A program made the position numbers and the translations under genes. From positions 86,869 through 150,868 of the forward strand of contig MFKO01000008.1 of NCBI GenBank assembly GCA_001779595.1: DNA of 64,000 bases. Reading direction: 5' to 3'. Shown here piece by piece: positions 27,753 to 36,919 of this stretch. Position 1 is the stretch's first letter; the number at the start of each line of letters is the position of its first letter. The notes below the pieces were generated by a model. That model saw nothing but the letters and a program-made list of their open reading frames with translations, was not told the DNA's origin and made no database searches. Source of the stretch: Candidatus Kaiserbacteria bacterium RIFCSPHIGHO2_01_FULL_46_22. Its GTDB lineage: Bacteria; Patescibacteriota; Minisyncoccia; Phycocordibacterales; UBA918.

Positions 27753-28159
27753 GGTTCGAAGTTCCGCAATTTATTGAGATTGAAGATAAAATTTTCGGTC
27801 CTTTAACGTGGAAACAATTCGTTTACGTAGCTGGTGGCAGCGGACTAGCCGCTGTGCTTTTCTTTTTTACACCCTTTTTGGTGTTCCTACTGCTGGGAAT
27901 ACCAGTTGCAGGCCTGACTTTCTTGCTTAGTTTTTATCCGGTTAATAACCGGCCTTTCTCCATCTTTATGGAATCGGCTGTTAGCTACTTGCAAGGTGCC
28001 AAACTTTATTTATGGCGGAAACGAGGCACTGGTGTTTATAGTGGAGCCGCTCCCGACGAGGCAGGTGCCCCGGTCTATATGCCACCATCTCCCGAAGGGA
28101 ATATCGCTTCCATATCAAGACGCCTAGAACTGAAGGCCATTCAAAAAGACACTCGCTAA
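27749..28159 (+). CDS. VirB3/PrgI-like small two-TM protein
   Basis: The 136-aa product has two adjacent TM helices and sits immediately upstream of VirB4, as in Gram-positive conjugation loci. Confidence 0.45.
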   Translation: MRFEVPQFIEIEDKIFGPLTWKQFVYVAGGSGLAAVLFFFTPFLVFLLLGIPVAGLTFLLSFYPVNNRPFSIFMESAVSYLQGAKLYLWRKRGTGVYSGAAPDEAGAPVYMPPSPEGNIASISRRLELKAIQKDTR

Positions 28160-28190
28160 ACGTCTCGCGAGGGATGTTATTATTATCGGG

Positions 28191-28829
28191 ATGGCGGAGA
28201 AAAAGAACACGACGCAAAATTTCGTTCCCTTACGCGACATTAAAGATAATGTTGTCATATTGAAAAATGGCCAAATGAATATGGTGCTTTTGGCGTCATC
28301 TATCAACTTCGCTTTGAAGTCGATAGATGAGCAGGAGGCGATTTTGCGTCAGTTTCAGGCTTTCCTAAACACCATTGATTTTTCTCTGCAGTTTTACATT
28401 CAATCTAGACGTCTCGACATTCAGCCATACCTCGATACCTTGGCTACACGTGAGAGTAAGCAGGACAATGACTTGATGCGTATTCAGTTACGCGAGTATA
28501 TGCAGTTTGTTAAAACATTCACCACCGAGGTCGATGTGATGAGCAAGAGCTTTTTTATTGTTATTCCTTACACACCAGTGACCGCGAGCATTCAATCCAA
28601 CCTTGGTAGCTTTAAAGAACTGTTAGGGGGGCAGAAGAATGTATACTTTGACGATAAGAACTTTGCCGAACACAAATTACAACTTCAGCAGAGGGCTTCT
28701 TTGGTTGAACAAGGTTTGTCAGCAGTCGGAGTGCGTACTATTTTGCTTCAAAATGAAGAGCTGGTTGAATTGTATTACCATATCTTCAATCCGGGAGAGA
28801 CGGGTAATACCGCGCCAGGCAGTAAGTAG
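28191..28829 (+). CDS. VirB4/TraC-family ATPase, N-terminal part. It ends at an in-frame TAG.
   Basis: The segment VVILKNGQMNMVLLASSINFALKSIDEQEAILRQFQAFLNTIDFSLQFYIQSRRLDIQPYL matches the Gram-positive VirB4 N-terminal domain. Confidence 0.7.
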   Translation: MAEKKNTTQNFVPLRDIKDNVVILKNGQMNMVLLASSINFALKSIDEQEAILRQFQAFLNTIDFSLQFYIQSRRLDIQPYLDTLATRESKQDNDLMRIQLREYMQFVKTFTTEVDVMSKSFFIVIPYTPVTASIQSNLGSFKELLGGQKNVYFDDKNFAEHKLQLQQRASLVEQGLSAVGVRTILLQNEELVELYYHIFNPGETGNTAPGSK

Positions 28830-28835
28830 AATGTT

Positions 28836-30635
28836 ATGGGAATTTTTGACTTAATCAAACAAAAGAGTGGTATCGGTGAGAAGGTGATAGACACCGAAAG
28901 CGCCTTAATGACTCTTGAAGACGTAGTTGCACCTTCAGCTGTCAAAGTGCAGCCTCGCAGTATTAACGTCAGTGGTCAAAACGCTCGAGTGTTCTTTACA
29001 GTATCTTACCCACGTTACTTAAACGACGGCTGGCTTGAACCAATACTAAATATCGAGCGTGAAATGGATGTTTCTATAGTTATCCATCCCATCGACACTG
29101 CTGAAACCCTAAAGAAATTCCAAAAAAAGGTGGCTGAAGTACAAAGCCAGATCAATATGAACGAGGAGAAGGGTATGGTGCGCGATCCTCAACTGGAAGC
29201 AGCCTACCGTAACCTCGAAGATTTGCGAGACAAGTTGCAACAAGCTGAAGAGAAATTATTTGATGTTGGTCTTTATGTAGCTGTATATGGAGCGAACGAG
29301 GACATTCTCAATGAAACTGAATCAGAAATAAAAGGTATTCTTGATTCGCGCTTGGTGTACCTGAAGCCTGCACTTTTCCAGCAAGAACAGGGTTTTCGCA
29401 GTATCATTCCGACCGGCACCGATGAGTTGACGGTACATAGTAAGTTCAATTCAAGCCCACTTTCAAGCTTTTTTCCATTCACTTCATTCGACCTCACTAG
29501 TGATAGCGGGATTTTATACGGAATCAACCGTCACAACTCTTCATTGGTGTTATTCGATCGTTTCGCCTTGACCAACTACAACTCAGTTACTTTTGCCACC
29601 TCAGGTGCCGGCAAGTCTTACGCCATCAAGCTAGAAATATTGCGCTCCTTAATGTTTGGTACAGAAGTGATAGTAATCGACCCAGAGAGGGAATACGAGC
29701 ACCTTGCCGAAGCAACCGGCGGACGCTTCTTCAATATTTCTCTTTCCAGTAGTCACCACATTAATCCTTTTGATCTACCCGATCCACAAGAGGACGAAGC
29801 TCCGGAAGACGTACTACGCTCACATATCATTGAATTGATCGGTTTGTTTAGACTGATGCTTGGTGGTCTTTCCCCAGAAGAAGAGACCATCATTGATCAG
29901 GCTCTTCACGAAGTGTACGCACTCAAAGACATAAACGGTGACGCAGATTGGAAAGGGTTGGAACCTCCACTTCTTTCCGACTTTGAAATGGTATTGGCCG
30001 GTATGGAGGGAAGCGACTCCCTGATCGCCCGTTTGCAGAAATATACAGCTGGTACTTGGTCGGGCTTTATGAACAAGCCAACCAACGTCGACATCCACCA
30101 AAAATTCATTGTGTTTAGTCTTCGTGATATGGAAGATGAGCTTAAGACGATCGCGATGTACATCATCACCAATCACATCTGGAATATGATTCGTCGCCGA
30201 CTACAGAAACGTCTCCTGGTAATTGACGAGGCATGGTGGATGATGAAAAGCGAAGATACCGCATCGTTTCTTTTCTCACTCGCCAAACGTGGCCGTAAAT
30301 ATTACCTAGGTATCGCCACGATCACGCAGGACGTCGACGACTTCCTTCGTTCTCCTTACGGAGTGCCAATGATCACCAACTCTTCGTTACAATTCTTAAT
30401 GAAACAGTCCGCAACTTCAATTGATCTGGTGCAGCGCACTTTCAACCTGACTGACGAGGAGAAACTTTTGCTCCTGGAAAGCAACGTTGGGGAGGGCATA
30501 TTCTTCGTTGGACTTAAACACGTCGCCATCAAAGTTATCGCCAGTTACACCGAAGATCAGATCATAACCTCAGATCCGTCACAGATTCTTCAAATCAAAC
30601 AAGCTCGAGCAGAGCTTCAAGCGGCCAAAGGGTAA
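28836..30635 (+). CDS. VirB4/TraC/CagE-family type IV secretion ATPase, C-terminal ATPase part
   Basis: The Walker A motif FATSGAGKSYAIK and the Walker B-like motif LLVIDEAWWMM are present. It is in the same frame as 28191..28829, separated by TAG-AAT-GTT. Confidence 0.8.
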   Translation: MGIFDLIKQKSGIGEKVIDTESALMTLEDVVAPSAVKVQPRSINVSGQNARVFFTVSYPRYLNDGWLEPILNIEREMDVSIVIHPIDTAETLKKFQKKVAEVQSQINMNEEKGMVRDPQLEAAYRNLEDLRDKLQQAEEKLFDVGLYVAVYGANEDILNETESEIKGILDSRLVYLKPALFQQEQGFRSIIPTGTDELTVHSKFNSSPLSSFFPFTSFDLTSDSGILYGINRHNSSLVLFDRFALTNYNSVTFATSGAGKSYAIKLEILRSLMFGTEVIVIDPEREYEHLAEATGGRFFNISLSSSHHINPFDLPDPQEDEAPEDVLRSHIIELIGLFRLMLGGLSPEEETIIDQALHEVYALKDINGDADWKGLEPPLLSDFEMVLAGMEGSDSLIARLQKYTAGTWSGFMNKPTNVDIHQKFIVFSLRDMEDELKTIAMYIITNHIWNMIRRRLQKRLLVIDEAWWMMKSEDTASFLFSLAKRGRKYYLGIATITQDVDDFLRSPYGVPMITNSSLQFLMKQSATSIDLVQRTFNLTDEEKLLLLESNVGEGIFFVGLKHVAIKVIASYTEDQIITSDPSQILQIKQARAELQAAKG

Positions 30636-30638
30636 GTT

Positions 30639-31079
30639 ATGGAAATAAATGCACAAACTGCGTCTAGAGCCAAGCTGGTCTGGTCTGTTTTTCTACGCAC
30701 AATAACGTTCACGTCACCCATTTACCTGGCCGCACAACTCTACTTTGCAATCGCAGCGTTAATGGGTCTGGGCTTAGCACTTGGAATCGATAGCTCTTTG
30801 ATTCTTACCGGACTAGATAAGGCTAGTTTTGAAACTGTTAGTGGTGCAGGTGGGGCACTTATGTTAATTGGGATGACTGGCGCTATGATGTGCGGGCTAC
30901 TAACTTGTCTTGTATCGATTGGGATTTTTTGGACTGGTAAGTGCCATGTTTTCCCTGGTTTGAGCATTTTGATTCTTGCTATATGCACTATCTGTCTGCT
31001 GATGCCCGTTATTAATCTCTTTCCAATAATGTGGTTCTGGAACTGGTACGTGGCTTGGTCAAATCTAAAAGGCTCGTAG
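30639..31079 (+). CDS. Small integral membrane protein
   Basis: The 146-aa product has about 4 TM segments. Confidence 0.45.
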   Translation: MEINAQTASRAKLVWSVFLRTITFTSPIYLAAQLYFAIAALMGLGLALGIDSSLILTGLDKASFETVSGAGGALMLIGMTGAMMCGLLTCLVSIGIFWTGKCHVFPGLSILILAICTICLLMPVINLFPIMWFWNWYVAWSNLKGS

Positions 31080-31102
31080 AGTGGGCGTGATATCATATTT
31101 GG

Positions 31103-31840
31103 ATGAGAGCAGCGATAGTATTGCTATTAATAACTAGCTTCGGTTGGCCATCTACAACCGATGCTTTTACCTCCGGATTGTTTAAACTACTCAAGGTAGG
31201 AGGAGATAATGAAGCGAACAATCAAACCAACACTCCAGCGGTTATTGGTCTAGACTTGGTGGTGGAAGCAGAAACCTACACGCCACACTTTTATCGTGGA
31301 CGAGCTGAACCCACAGCAGGATCAATTATGCGCTTAATTGCGCTACCCGAAGATCCAGGAGCAGTAACTAGGTACCACTGGAAAGTGGGCGGACAAACGA
31401 TGAATGAGAGCGGACAAACTCTAAGAGTGACGGCGCCGTCTGGTCAGGGTGAGGTAGTAGTTGAGGTCTCCTCACTAGATCAAAACGGGAATGTCATCGG
31501 ACGAACAACCAATTACATATCATTATCTAGTCCTTCGTTATCGTTCTACGAAGTAAATCCTTTACGTGGAATCTCCAACATTATGATTAAGGATAAGGTT
31601 ACTTTGATTGGTGACGAGGTGACGGTACGTGGAGAACCGTATTTCATAAACCCTACATCTATGTCGACTATGAATGGGGTATGGAACACTGGGCAGTTAG
31701 AGAATGTCCCTTCTAATGACTGGCGCACTCTGACAATACTGCGCACAGATGCTGTTTCGAGCGCGAGGGTTACCTTAGGAGCCAGCAACTTGAATACCTT
31801 GACTGATAACCTTAGCAGCGGATTTATATTGGAAATATGA
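31103..31840 (+). CDS. Hypothetical secreted protein
   Basis: It has an N-terminal signal-like segment and an ATGA overlap with the next gene. Confidence 0.45.
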   Translation: MRAAIVLLLITSFGWPSTTDAFTSGLFKLLKVGGDNEANNQTNTPAVIGLDLVVEAETYTPHFYRGRAEPTAGSIMRLIALPEDPGAVTRYHWKVGGQTMNESGQTLRVTAPSGQGEVVVEVSSLDQNGNVIGRTTNYISLSSPSLSFYEVNPLRGISNIMIKDKVTLIGDEVTVRGEPYFINPTSMSTMNGVWNTGQLENVPSNDWRTLTILRTDAVSSARVTLGASNLNTLTDNLSSGFILEI

Positions 31841-32466
31841 AACGATATATTTTGCTAGCAGTAGTTATATTGATTTGTCCAGTTGTCGTCTTGGCGCAAG
31901 CAAATGATTCTACGACAGTCAAAACTTTCACTGAAAATATACCCTTCTTAGACGGTGAACTGACTACTCAGGGATTTGTGGAAGCAATGTACAAACTCGC
32001 TATAGCTTTAGCTTCTATCATAGTAGTAATACGTCTAATGATGGCTGGGGCGAAATATATGTTATCGGAAGTTGTTTCCAATAAGGGCCAGGCTAAAGAA
32101 GATATTAAGAACGCTCTCTTCGGATTGTTGATAATTTTGGGGGCAGTGTTAATACTTGGCACCATAAACCCTAAACTCGTTGGAGTAAGCTTCATTAACA
32201 ATGGTGCGCCGTTGAACATACAAGATCCCGATACCGTAGATCAGATAGGTTTCAAACCAGGGGATAACTTTTCCGGAGCAGACATTGCGGCTCGCTGCGG
32301 GGAAGGTAACTTAAGTGGCGCACCTCAAGAGGAGTGCGTAAAAAATAACGAAGACGCACTATTACGTAGTTGCAAGCATAATGGTGGCAGTAAGCTTGAC
32401 TGGGAATTTGACCCTGACGCTAATTGGGGTGGCTACTCTTATTATTCATACACTTGTGTACAGTAG
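31837..32466 (+). CDS. Pilin-like (VirB2/TrbC-like?) protein with a Cys-containing C-terminal extension
   Basis: A signal peptide is followed by two hydrophobic helices (LAIALASIIVVIRLMMAG, LFGLLIILGAVLILG), which resembles T4SS pilins. Confidence 0.3.
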   Translation: MKRYILLAVVILICPVVVLAQANDSTTVKTFTENIPFLDGELTTQGFVEAMYKLAIALASIIVVIRLMMAGAKYMLSEVVSNKGQAKEDIKNALFGLLIILGAVLILGTINPKLVGVSFINNGAPLNIQDPDTVDQIGFKPGDNFSGADIAARCGEGNLSGAPQEECVKNNEDALLRSCKHNGGSKLDWEFDPDANWGGYSYYSYTCVQ

Positions 32467-32469
32467 ACT

Positions 32470-33696
32470 ATGTCGAAAAAAATACTGATTGCAATCGGGT
32501 CCGCCACTATTCTGCTGCTTTTGGGTGCCTGGGTGTATTTGTTTCTTTTTGGCACACCAGAGAGTGTAGGGCAAGCGTTAAACAATCTAAATTCCCCCGA
32601 AACGCCTTTTGATCAGCCGATTGTTGGGTCCTTGGATACTACTGTAGCGGTAGGCAATAATAATTTGGCTCAACTAACCACTCGGCCTGTAGCTGGCTTC
32701 GTATTAGTAAATACGGGTAGTCAGCCAACTATTCGCTACGCTGAAAAGGGTACCGGTCACATTTACGAAATAAATGTTATCAGTGGTGCAGAAGAACGTC
32801 TCGATGGCACAACGTCAGCAAATACTACAGAGGCCTATTTCAGTAAAGACGGGGCGGAGGCGGTATTGGTACTGGCCGACAGCACGGAGCGATCAGTCGT
32901 CTGGCGTACTGCAATCGGTTCAGGAAACTCCGTTCCGCTATCATCAAACAGCCATGATTTTTCTTGGAATGAAGCCGGAGCGCTACGCTACACAGAAAGG
33001 ACCACTACTGGCACTACCGCTTACGAAAACAATGGCGAGAATCTGCAACTGTGGAGTATTCCACTGTCTGATGTGAGTGTTTTCTTCACTGAAAACTCGG
33101 CTTTTGTGGCAAATAACCCAGCCGCTCGTTTGTCTGGAAGTTTATACGAGATCCAAGATGGAAATCTAGCTAAGGTTATTGGTCCAGCTTACTCGTTTAC
33201 CGGTCTACCGGATCCAGATGGTCAGTTTCTTCTATACCGTTATTTTGATACTGAAAACCAGGCCAATGTCGCAAAAATCAAAGATCTTTTCACTGACGAA
33301 GAGACAATAGTTCCTTTGTCATCAGTCCCCGAAAAATGCGCCTTTAATTCAGTACGCCGACGCGTCTGGTGTGCTTCGTCTTTTATGTTTCTCGGACAGG
33401 ATCGCGAATACTTAAACAAATGGTACCGTGGCGAAGTTGTTTCAGCAGACAGAATTTGGACTTCTGACTACGGAAACTGGGGAGTATCTAGCCTAGAAAT
33501 AGACTTATCAGACGCAGCAGGCTTCGATATCGATGTCATTGATATGACTGTTTCTGACGACGGAACAATGCTTCTTTTCCGTAACAAGATCAACGATGCT
33601 CTTTGGATGTACCGTTTAAGTGAAGCTCCACTGGAAGAGTCGGAAGAAACAATCACTGAAACAGAAGCGGCGGCAACAACTACCGATGCTTTCTGA
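32470..33696 (+). CDS. Hypothetical membrane-anchored protein, last gene of the operon
   Basis: It has an N-terminal TM segment. The 3' end overlaps yidC convergently by 17 bp. Confidence 0.45.
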   Translation: MSKKILIAIGSATILLLLGAWVYLFLFGTPESVGQALNNLNSPETPFDQPIVGSLDTTVAVGNNNLAQLTTRPVAGFVLVNTGSQPTIRYAEKGTGHIYEINVISGAEERLDGTTSANTTEAYFSKDGAEAVLVLADSTERSVVWRTAIGSGNSVPLSSNSHDFSWNEAGALRYTERTTTGTTAYENNGENLQLWSIPLSDVSVFFTENSAFVANNPAARLSGSLYEIQDGNLAKVIGPAYSFTGLPDPDGQFLLYRYFDTENQANVAKIKDLFTDEETIVPLSSVPEKCAFNSVRRRVWCASSFMFLGQDREYLNKWYRGEVVSADRIWTSDYGNWGVSSLEIDLSDAAGFDIDVIDMTVSDDGTMLLFRNKINDALWMYRLSEAPLEESEETITETEAAATTTDAF

Positions 33697-34402
33697 CCAC
33701 AAACTCCTGTGCAATAGCAACCAAATTACTGATTGTGAAGTACAGAGCGACTGAAGCGGACAATGTATAGGCCACAACACCAATAACGGCTGGCAAGACA
33801 TAGCGCATATTGATGTTCATACTGCGGGCAAAATCAGCCTTCATATTACTTTCTCCCTCCTTTCGTGGTTCCGGCTTAGGCAGTGACAAGTGCGCGTGAA
33901 TAAACTGCGTAAGTCCTGCCAAGGCGGCCAAGGGCCAGCTTTTACTTGCAATGTCTACAAAACCTAGAAAAATCATGTCAACATTTTCCGGAACCGGTAT
34001 AAAAGAGTAGAGAAGCTCCACATTTATATTAGGCAAAGTAATACCTCCTCCACTGTATACGGAAAAATAGAGCGCGAATATGATTGGTATTTGTAAAAGC
34101 ACCAACAAAATACCGGAGAAGGGATTTAGTCCCGCTTCTCGATAAAGAGCCATTGTCTCCCGAGCCAATGCTTCACGGTCATCTTTGTATTTTTCTTTTA
34201 AATCTTTTAGACCAGGCTCCAGCTCACGCATAGTTTTTTGCATCTTGGCCGCCTTAATCGAAAGTGGTAGCAAAACAAACTTCACCAATACTGTAATCGC
34301 AATAATTGACAGCCCAACGTCACCACCAGGAATTGCATCGATGAAGAAAACCAAACCGTTGTAAATTGGGTCAAAGAAAAAAGTGTGCCAGATGTAACTC
34401 AT
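33680..34402 (-). CDS. yidC: Membrane protein insertase YidC (short form)
   Basis: The 240-aa product has 5 TM segments, and the segment ITVLVKFVLLPLSIKAAKMQKTMRELEPGLKDLKEKYKDDREALARETMALYREAGLNP matches the YidC/Oxa1 core. Confidence 0.85.
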   Translation of the reverse strand: MSYIWHTFFFDPIYNGLVFFIDAIPGGDVGLSIIAITVLVKFVLLPLSIKAAKMQKTMRELEPGLKDLKEKYKDDREALARETMALYREAGLNPFSGILLVLLQIPIIFALYFSVYSGGGITLPNINVELLYSFIPVPENVDMIFLGFVDIASKSWPLAALAGLTQFIHAHLSLPKPEPRKEGESNMKADFARSMNINMRYVLPAVIGVVAYTLSASVALYFTISNLVAIAQEFVVRKHR

Positions 34403-34422
34403 AAATAAATTGGTTTGAAATT

Positions 34423-34758
34423 CTAAGTCCTAGTTTTTAATGACTGCGTAACGAGAGATTCTAAAGCTTTCTTAAGTTCGTCGAAACTTACCATCCCGGC
34501 TTGGGGTTTGGTAAGAATAATATACACTCCGCTTTGTTCACTTTCGCGCGACAAACGGTAAAGAATGTTGTACAGCCGTCTTCTCAGACGATTGCGGTCC
34601 ACCGCACGTTTGAAAACTTTTTTTCCCACTACGACCGCGCCGTGGAAACTAGTTTCCTGACTATGTATCAAGGTAAAGAGAGGGGAGTGGAAGCGACGCC
34701 CAGACGAAAAAAAACGATCGAACTCTTTTTTGGTCAATCGTTCTTTTTTATTCAACAT
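34423..34758 (-). CDS. rnpA: Ribonuclease P protein component
   Basis: The RnpA RNR motif region VVVGKKVFKRAVDRNRLRRRL is present. Confidence 0.85.
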   Translation of the reverse strand: MLNKKERLTKKEFDRFFSSGRRFHSPLFTLIHSQETSFHGAVVVGKKVFKRAVDRNRLRRRLYNILYRLSRESEQSGVYIILTKPQAGMVSFDELKKALESLVTQSLKTRT

Positions 34759-34832
34759 AAAGTAAGTAGGCGGTTGCCAATAGCGGGTAGCCAGTGTTCG
34801 CTTTGCGAACTTTTCTTACTACTGTCTACTAA

Positions 34833-34982
34833 CTATTTACTAGGTCTAACAGCAAGCTGGGCCCGGCCTTTACGGCGGCGCGCCTGGAGCACCTTAGGGC
34901 CCTTGACGCTATTTTTACGGGCAAGAAAGCCGTGAGTAGTCATTCGCTTCTTCTTGCTTGGTTGATAGGTTCTTTTCGGCAT
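34833..34982 (-). CDS. rpmH: 50S ribosomal protein L34
   Basis: Manual translation gives [49 protein letters not shown]. It is absent from the ORF track because it is under 60 aa. Confidence 0.85.
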   Translation of the reverse strand: MPKRTYQPSKKKRMTTHGFLARKNSVKGPKVLQARRRKGRAQLAVRPSK

Positions 34983-35117
34983 AAATATGAATTGTTGTTG
35001 AACAATATACACTAATAATCTATAAAATCAACGACTCAGTACTTATCCCCAAGTTATACACAATTGACGATTATCGCGTGCCGCGGCGGTTTGTTATTTC
35101 GAAGTATGTCGCAAAAG

Positions 35118-35140
35118 TTTACACGCTGAGTGAGAAGGGT
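35118..35140 (+). promoter_or_regulatory. Candidate dnaA promoter (tttaca-N16-tataat)
   Basis: Read directly. It lies in the AT-rich rpmH-dnaA intergenic region, which also carries DnaA-box-like motifs (ttatcccca, ttatacaca, ttatcacgt). Confidence 0.35.
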
Positions 35141-35181
35141 ATAATTCAGATCACGTTATCACGTAAGTGGTTGCACTGGAT

Positions 35182-36561
35182 ATGAATCAAACCTCATCAA
35201 CGATTACTACTGGGTTTATCGGCACAGCAGAGATAGATACTAAAAAACTCTGGGATGATGCTTTGGTTAATATCGAACTCTCCATCACCCCAGCCAACTT
35301 CAAAACTTGGTTCAGAGACACTCGGATTGTAGCGATTGAAGACGGAACTATTACTCTCGGCGTTCCTAGCGTGTTTGTACGGGATTGGTTGCGTGACAAA
35401 TTTCAGTCAATGATTCTGAAGGTCTTGCGGGATCAAGCAACGTTTATCCGAGGAATTGAATACGCCGTTGTTAGTCGTACCGAAAAACGTCAGGAGAATA
35501 GACAACAGAGTATAAACGCGTCTTTACCACTCGAAGAGTATTACATCAACAAAAGCGACAACCTAAACCCTCGCTATTCTTTCGACACCTTCGTAATTGG
35601 ACCCTTCAACGCCTTGGCACACGCGGCTGCCAAGACCGTCAGTGATCGTCCTGGAATAACCTACAACCCGTTGTTCATCTACGGTAAGACTGGTCACGGT
35701 AAAACTCACTTAATTCAGGCTGTAGGAAATCATCTTAAACGCTCTGGCGCCAAGGTGTTTTATGTAACCGCCGAGCGTTTCACTGTGGATTACTTCAATT
35801 CTCTTCAGAGCGGAACCGCCAATAGTTTTAAAGACAAGTACCGTCAATATGACGTTCTAATAATGGATGATGTGCAATTCCTAAACAGTAAAGAGAAAAC
35901 TCAGGAAGAATTGTTTCACTTGTTTAATACAATGCACGACAACAACAAGCAGATCGTGTTCTCGAGTGATATCCACCCATCTTTGTTGTCTGGAATGGAG
36001 GAACGACTACGATCACGTTTTGCAGCTGGAATGATTGTAGATATACCAGCGCCAGATCTGGAGTCTCGTGCTGCTATCTTGCGCGCCAAAGCAGCTCAAA
36101 ACAACATAACCCTTTCTGACGAAGTGGTTGACCACTTGGCAGAATCCATCAACGGCAACATTCGTGAGCTTGAAGGTGCTCTCAACTCGATTATGTGCCA
36201 ATCACAACTACTGGGCCGCATTCTATCCTTACCAGAGGTTCAAGTAATTATTAAAAACAGCGCAAAACCACGACGTAACCTAGCGGTTTCTGACGTAGTC
36301 GATAAGGTGGCTCAGTATTTCAATATTGAACCGGCCAGTATTTACGAAAAAACCCGCCGTAAAGAGGTCGTAAAGCCACGCCAGCTTATTATGTATATTC
36401 TGCGTGAGGACTTCGCTGTTTCTTACCCCACAATCGGACAAAAGCTTGGGGGACGCGACCATACCACTGTGATTCACTCTTGTGAAAAAATTAAAACCGA
36501 ACTCCAGAGAGACTCCTCACTAGAAGAAGAAGTGGCACAGCTCCGCGCACTACTTAAATAA
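35182..36561 (+). CDS. dnaA: Chromosomal replication initiator protein DnaA
   Basis: The AAA+ Walker A segment FIYGKTGHGKTHL and the C-terminal DNA-binding domain YFNIEPASIYEKTRRKEVVKPRQLIMYILRE are present. The track start is GTG 35167, and the ATG 35182 is likely. Confidence 0.95.
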   Translation: MNQTSSTITTGFIGTAEIDTKKLWDDALVNIELSITPANFKTWFRDTRIVAIEDGTITLGVPSVFVRDWLRDKFQSMILKVLRDQATFIRGIEYAVVSRTEKRQENRQQSINASLPLEEYYINKSDNLNPRYSFDTFVIGPFNALAHAAAKTVSDRPGITYNPLFIYGKTGHGKTHLIQAVGNHLKRSGAKVFYVTAERFTVDYFNSLQSGTANSFKDKYRQYDVLIMDDVQFLNSKEKTQEELFHLFNTMHDNNKQIVFSSDIHPSLLSGMEERLRSRFAAGMIVDIPAPDLESRAAILRAKAAQNNITLSDEVVDHLAESINGNIRELEGALNSIMCQSQLLGRILSLPEVQVIIKNSAKPRRNLAVSDVVDKVAQYFNIEPASIYEKTRRKEVVKPRQLIMYILREDFAVSYPTIGQKLGGRDHTTVIHSCEKIKTELQRDSSLEEEVAQLRALLK

Positions 36562-36609
36562 ACTAGTTTCGGATATAAAACCGCCGCCAACTTCCGCGGC
36601 GGTTTTATC

Positions 36610-36919
36610 TTATTAAACTGTTTAAATATTGTGGAAAAGCCTAGGTAAAACTAATCAGTCACATCCCCGACAACATGTTAATAAGTCTCGAGATTAGTCA
36701 TCTACTAACGACACGGGCCCGAGTAACCAGCTCCCTGTACCCAGTCATACCCGTAGCTATCCCCAGCCACGATTTACTGACAGCCTCAAAAAACCCTTAT
36801 TTACCAACCCATAAACGCTTATCCACCAATCCACAGGGCTAATAATAAAGGCTTAGTTGGGGAATATAAAAAATAAAACACCAGCTACCGTCAAAAAATC
36901 CCAGTGCTATAATTGCCTT
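36610..36919. promoter_or_regulatory. Probable oriC core. DnaA boxes and an AT-rich stretch lie in the dnaA-dnaN intergenic region.
   Basis: The boxes are tgtggaaaa (reverse complement TTTTCCACA), tatcccca, ttatccacc and aatccacag. The region aataataaag...aatataaaaaataaaaca is AT-rich. The flanking rpmH-rnpA-yidC (-) and dnaA-dnaN (+) form the canonical origin arrangement. Confidence 0.5.
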
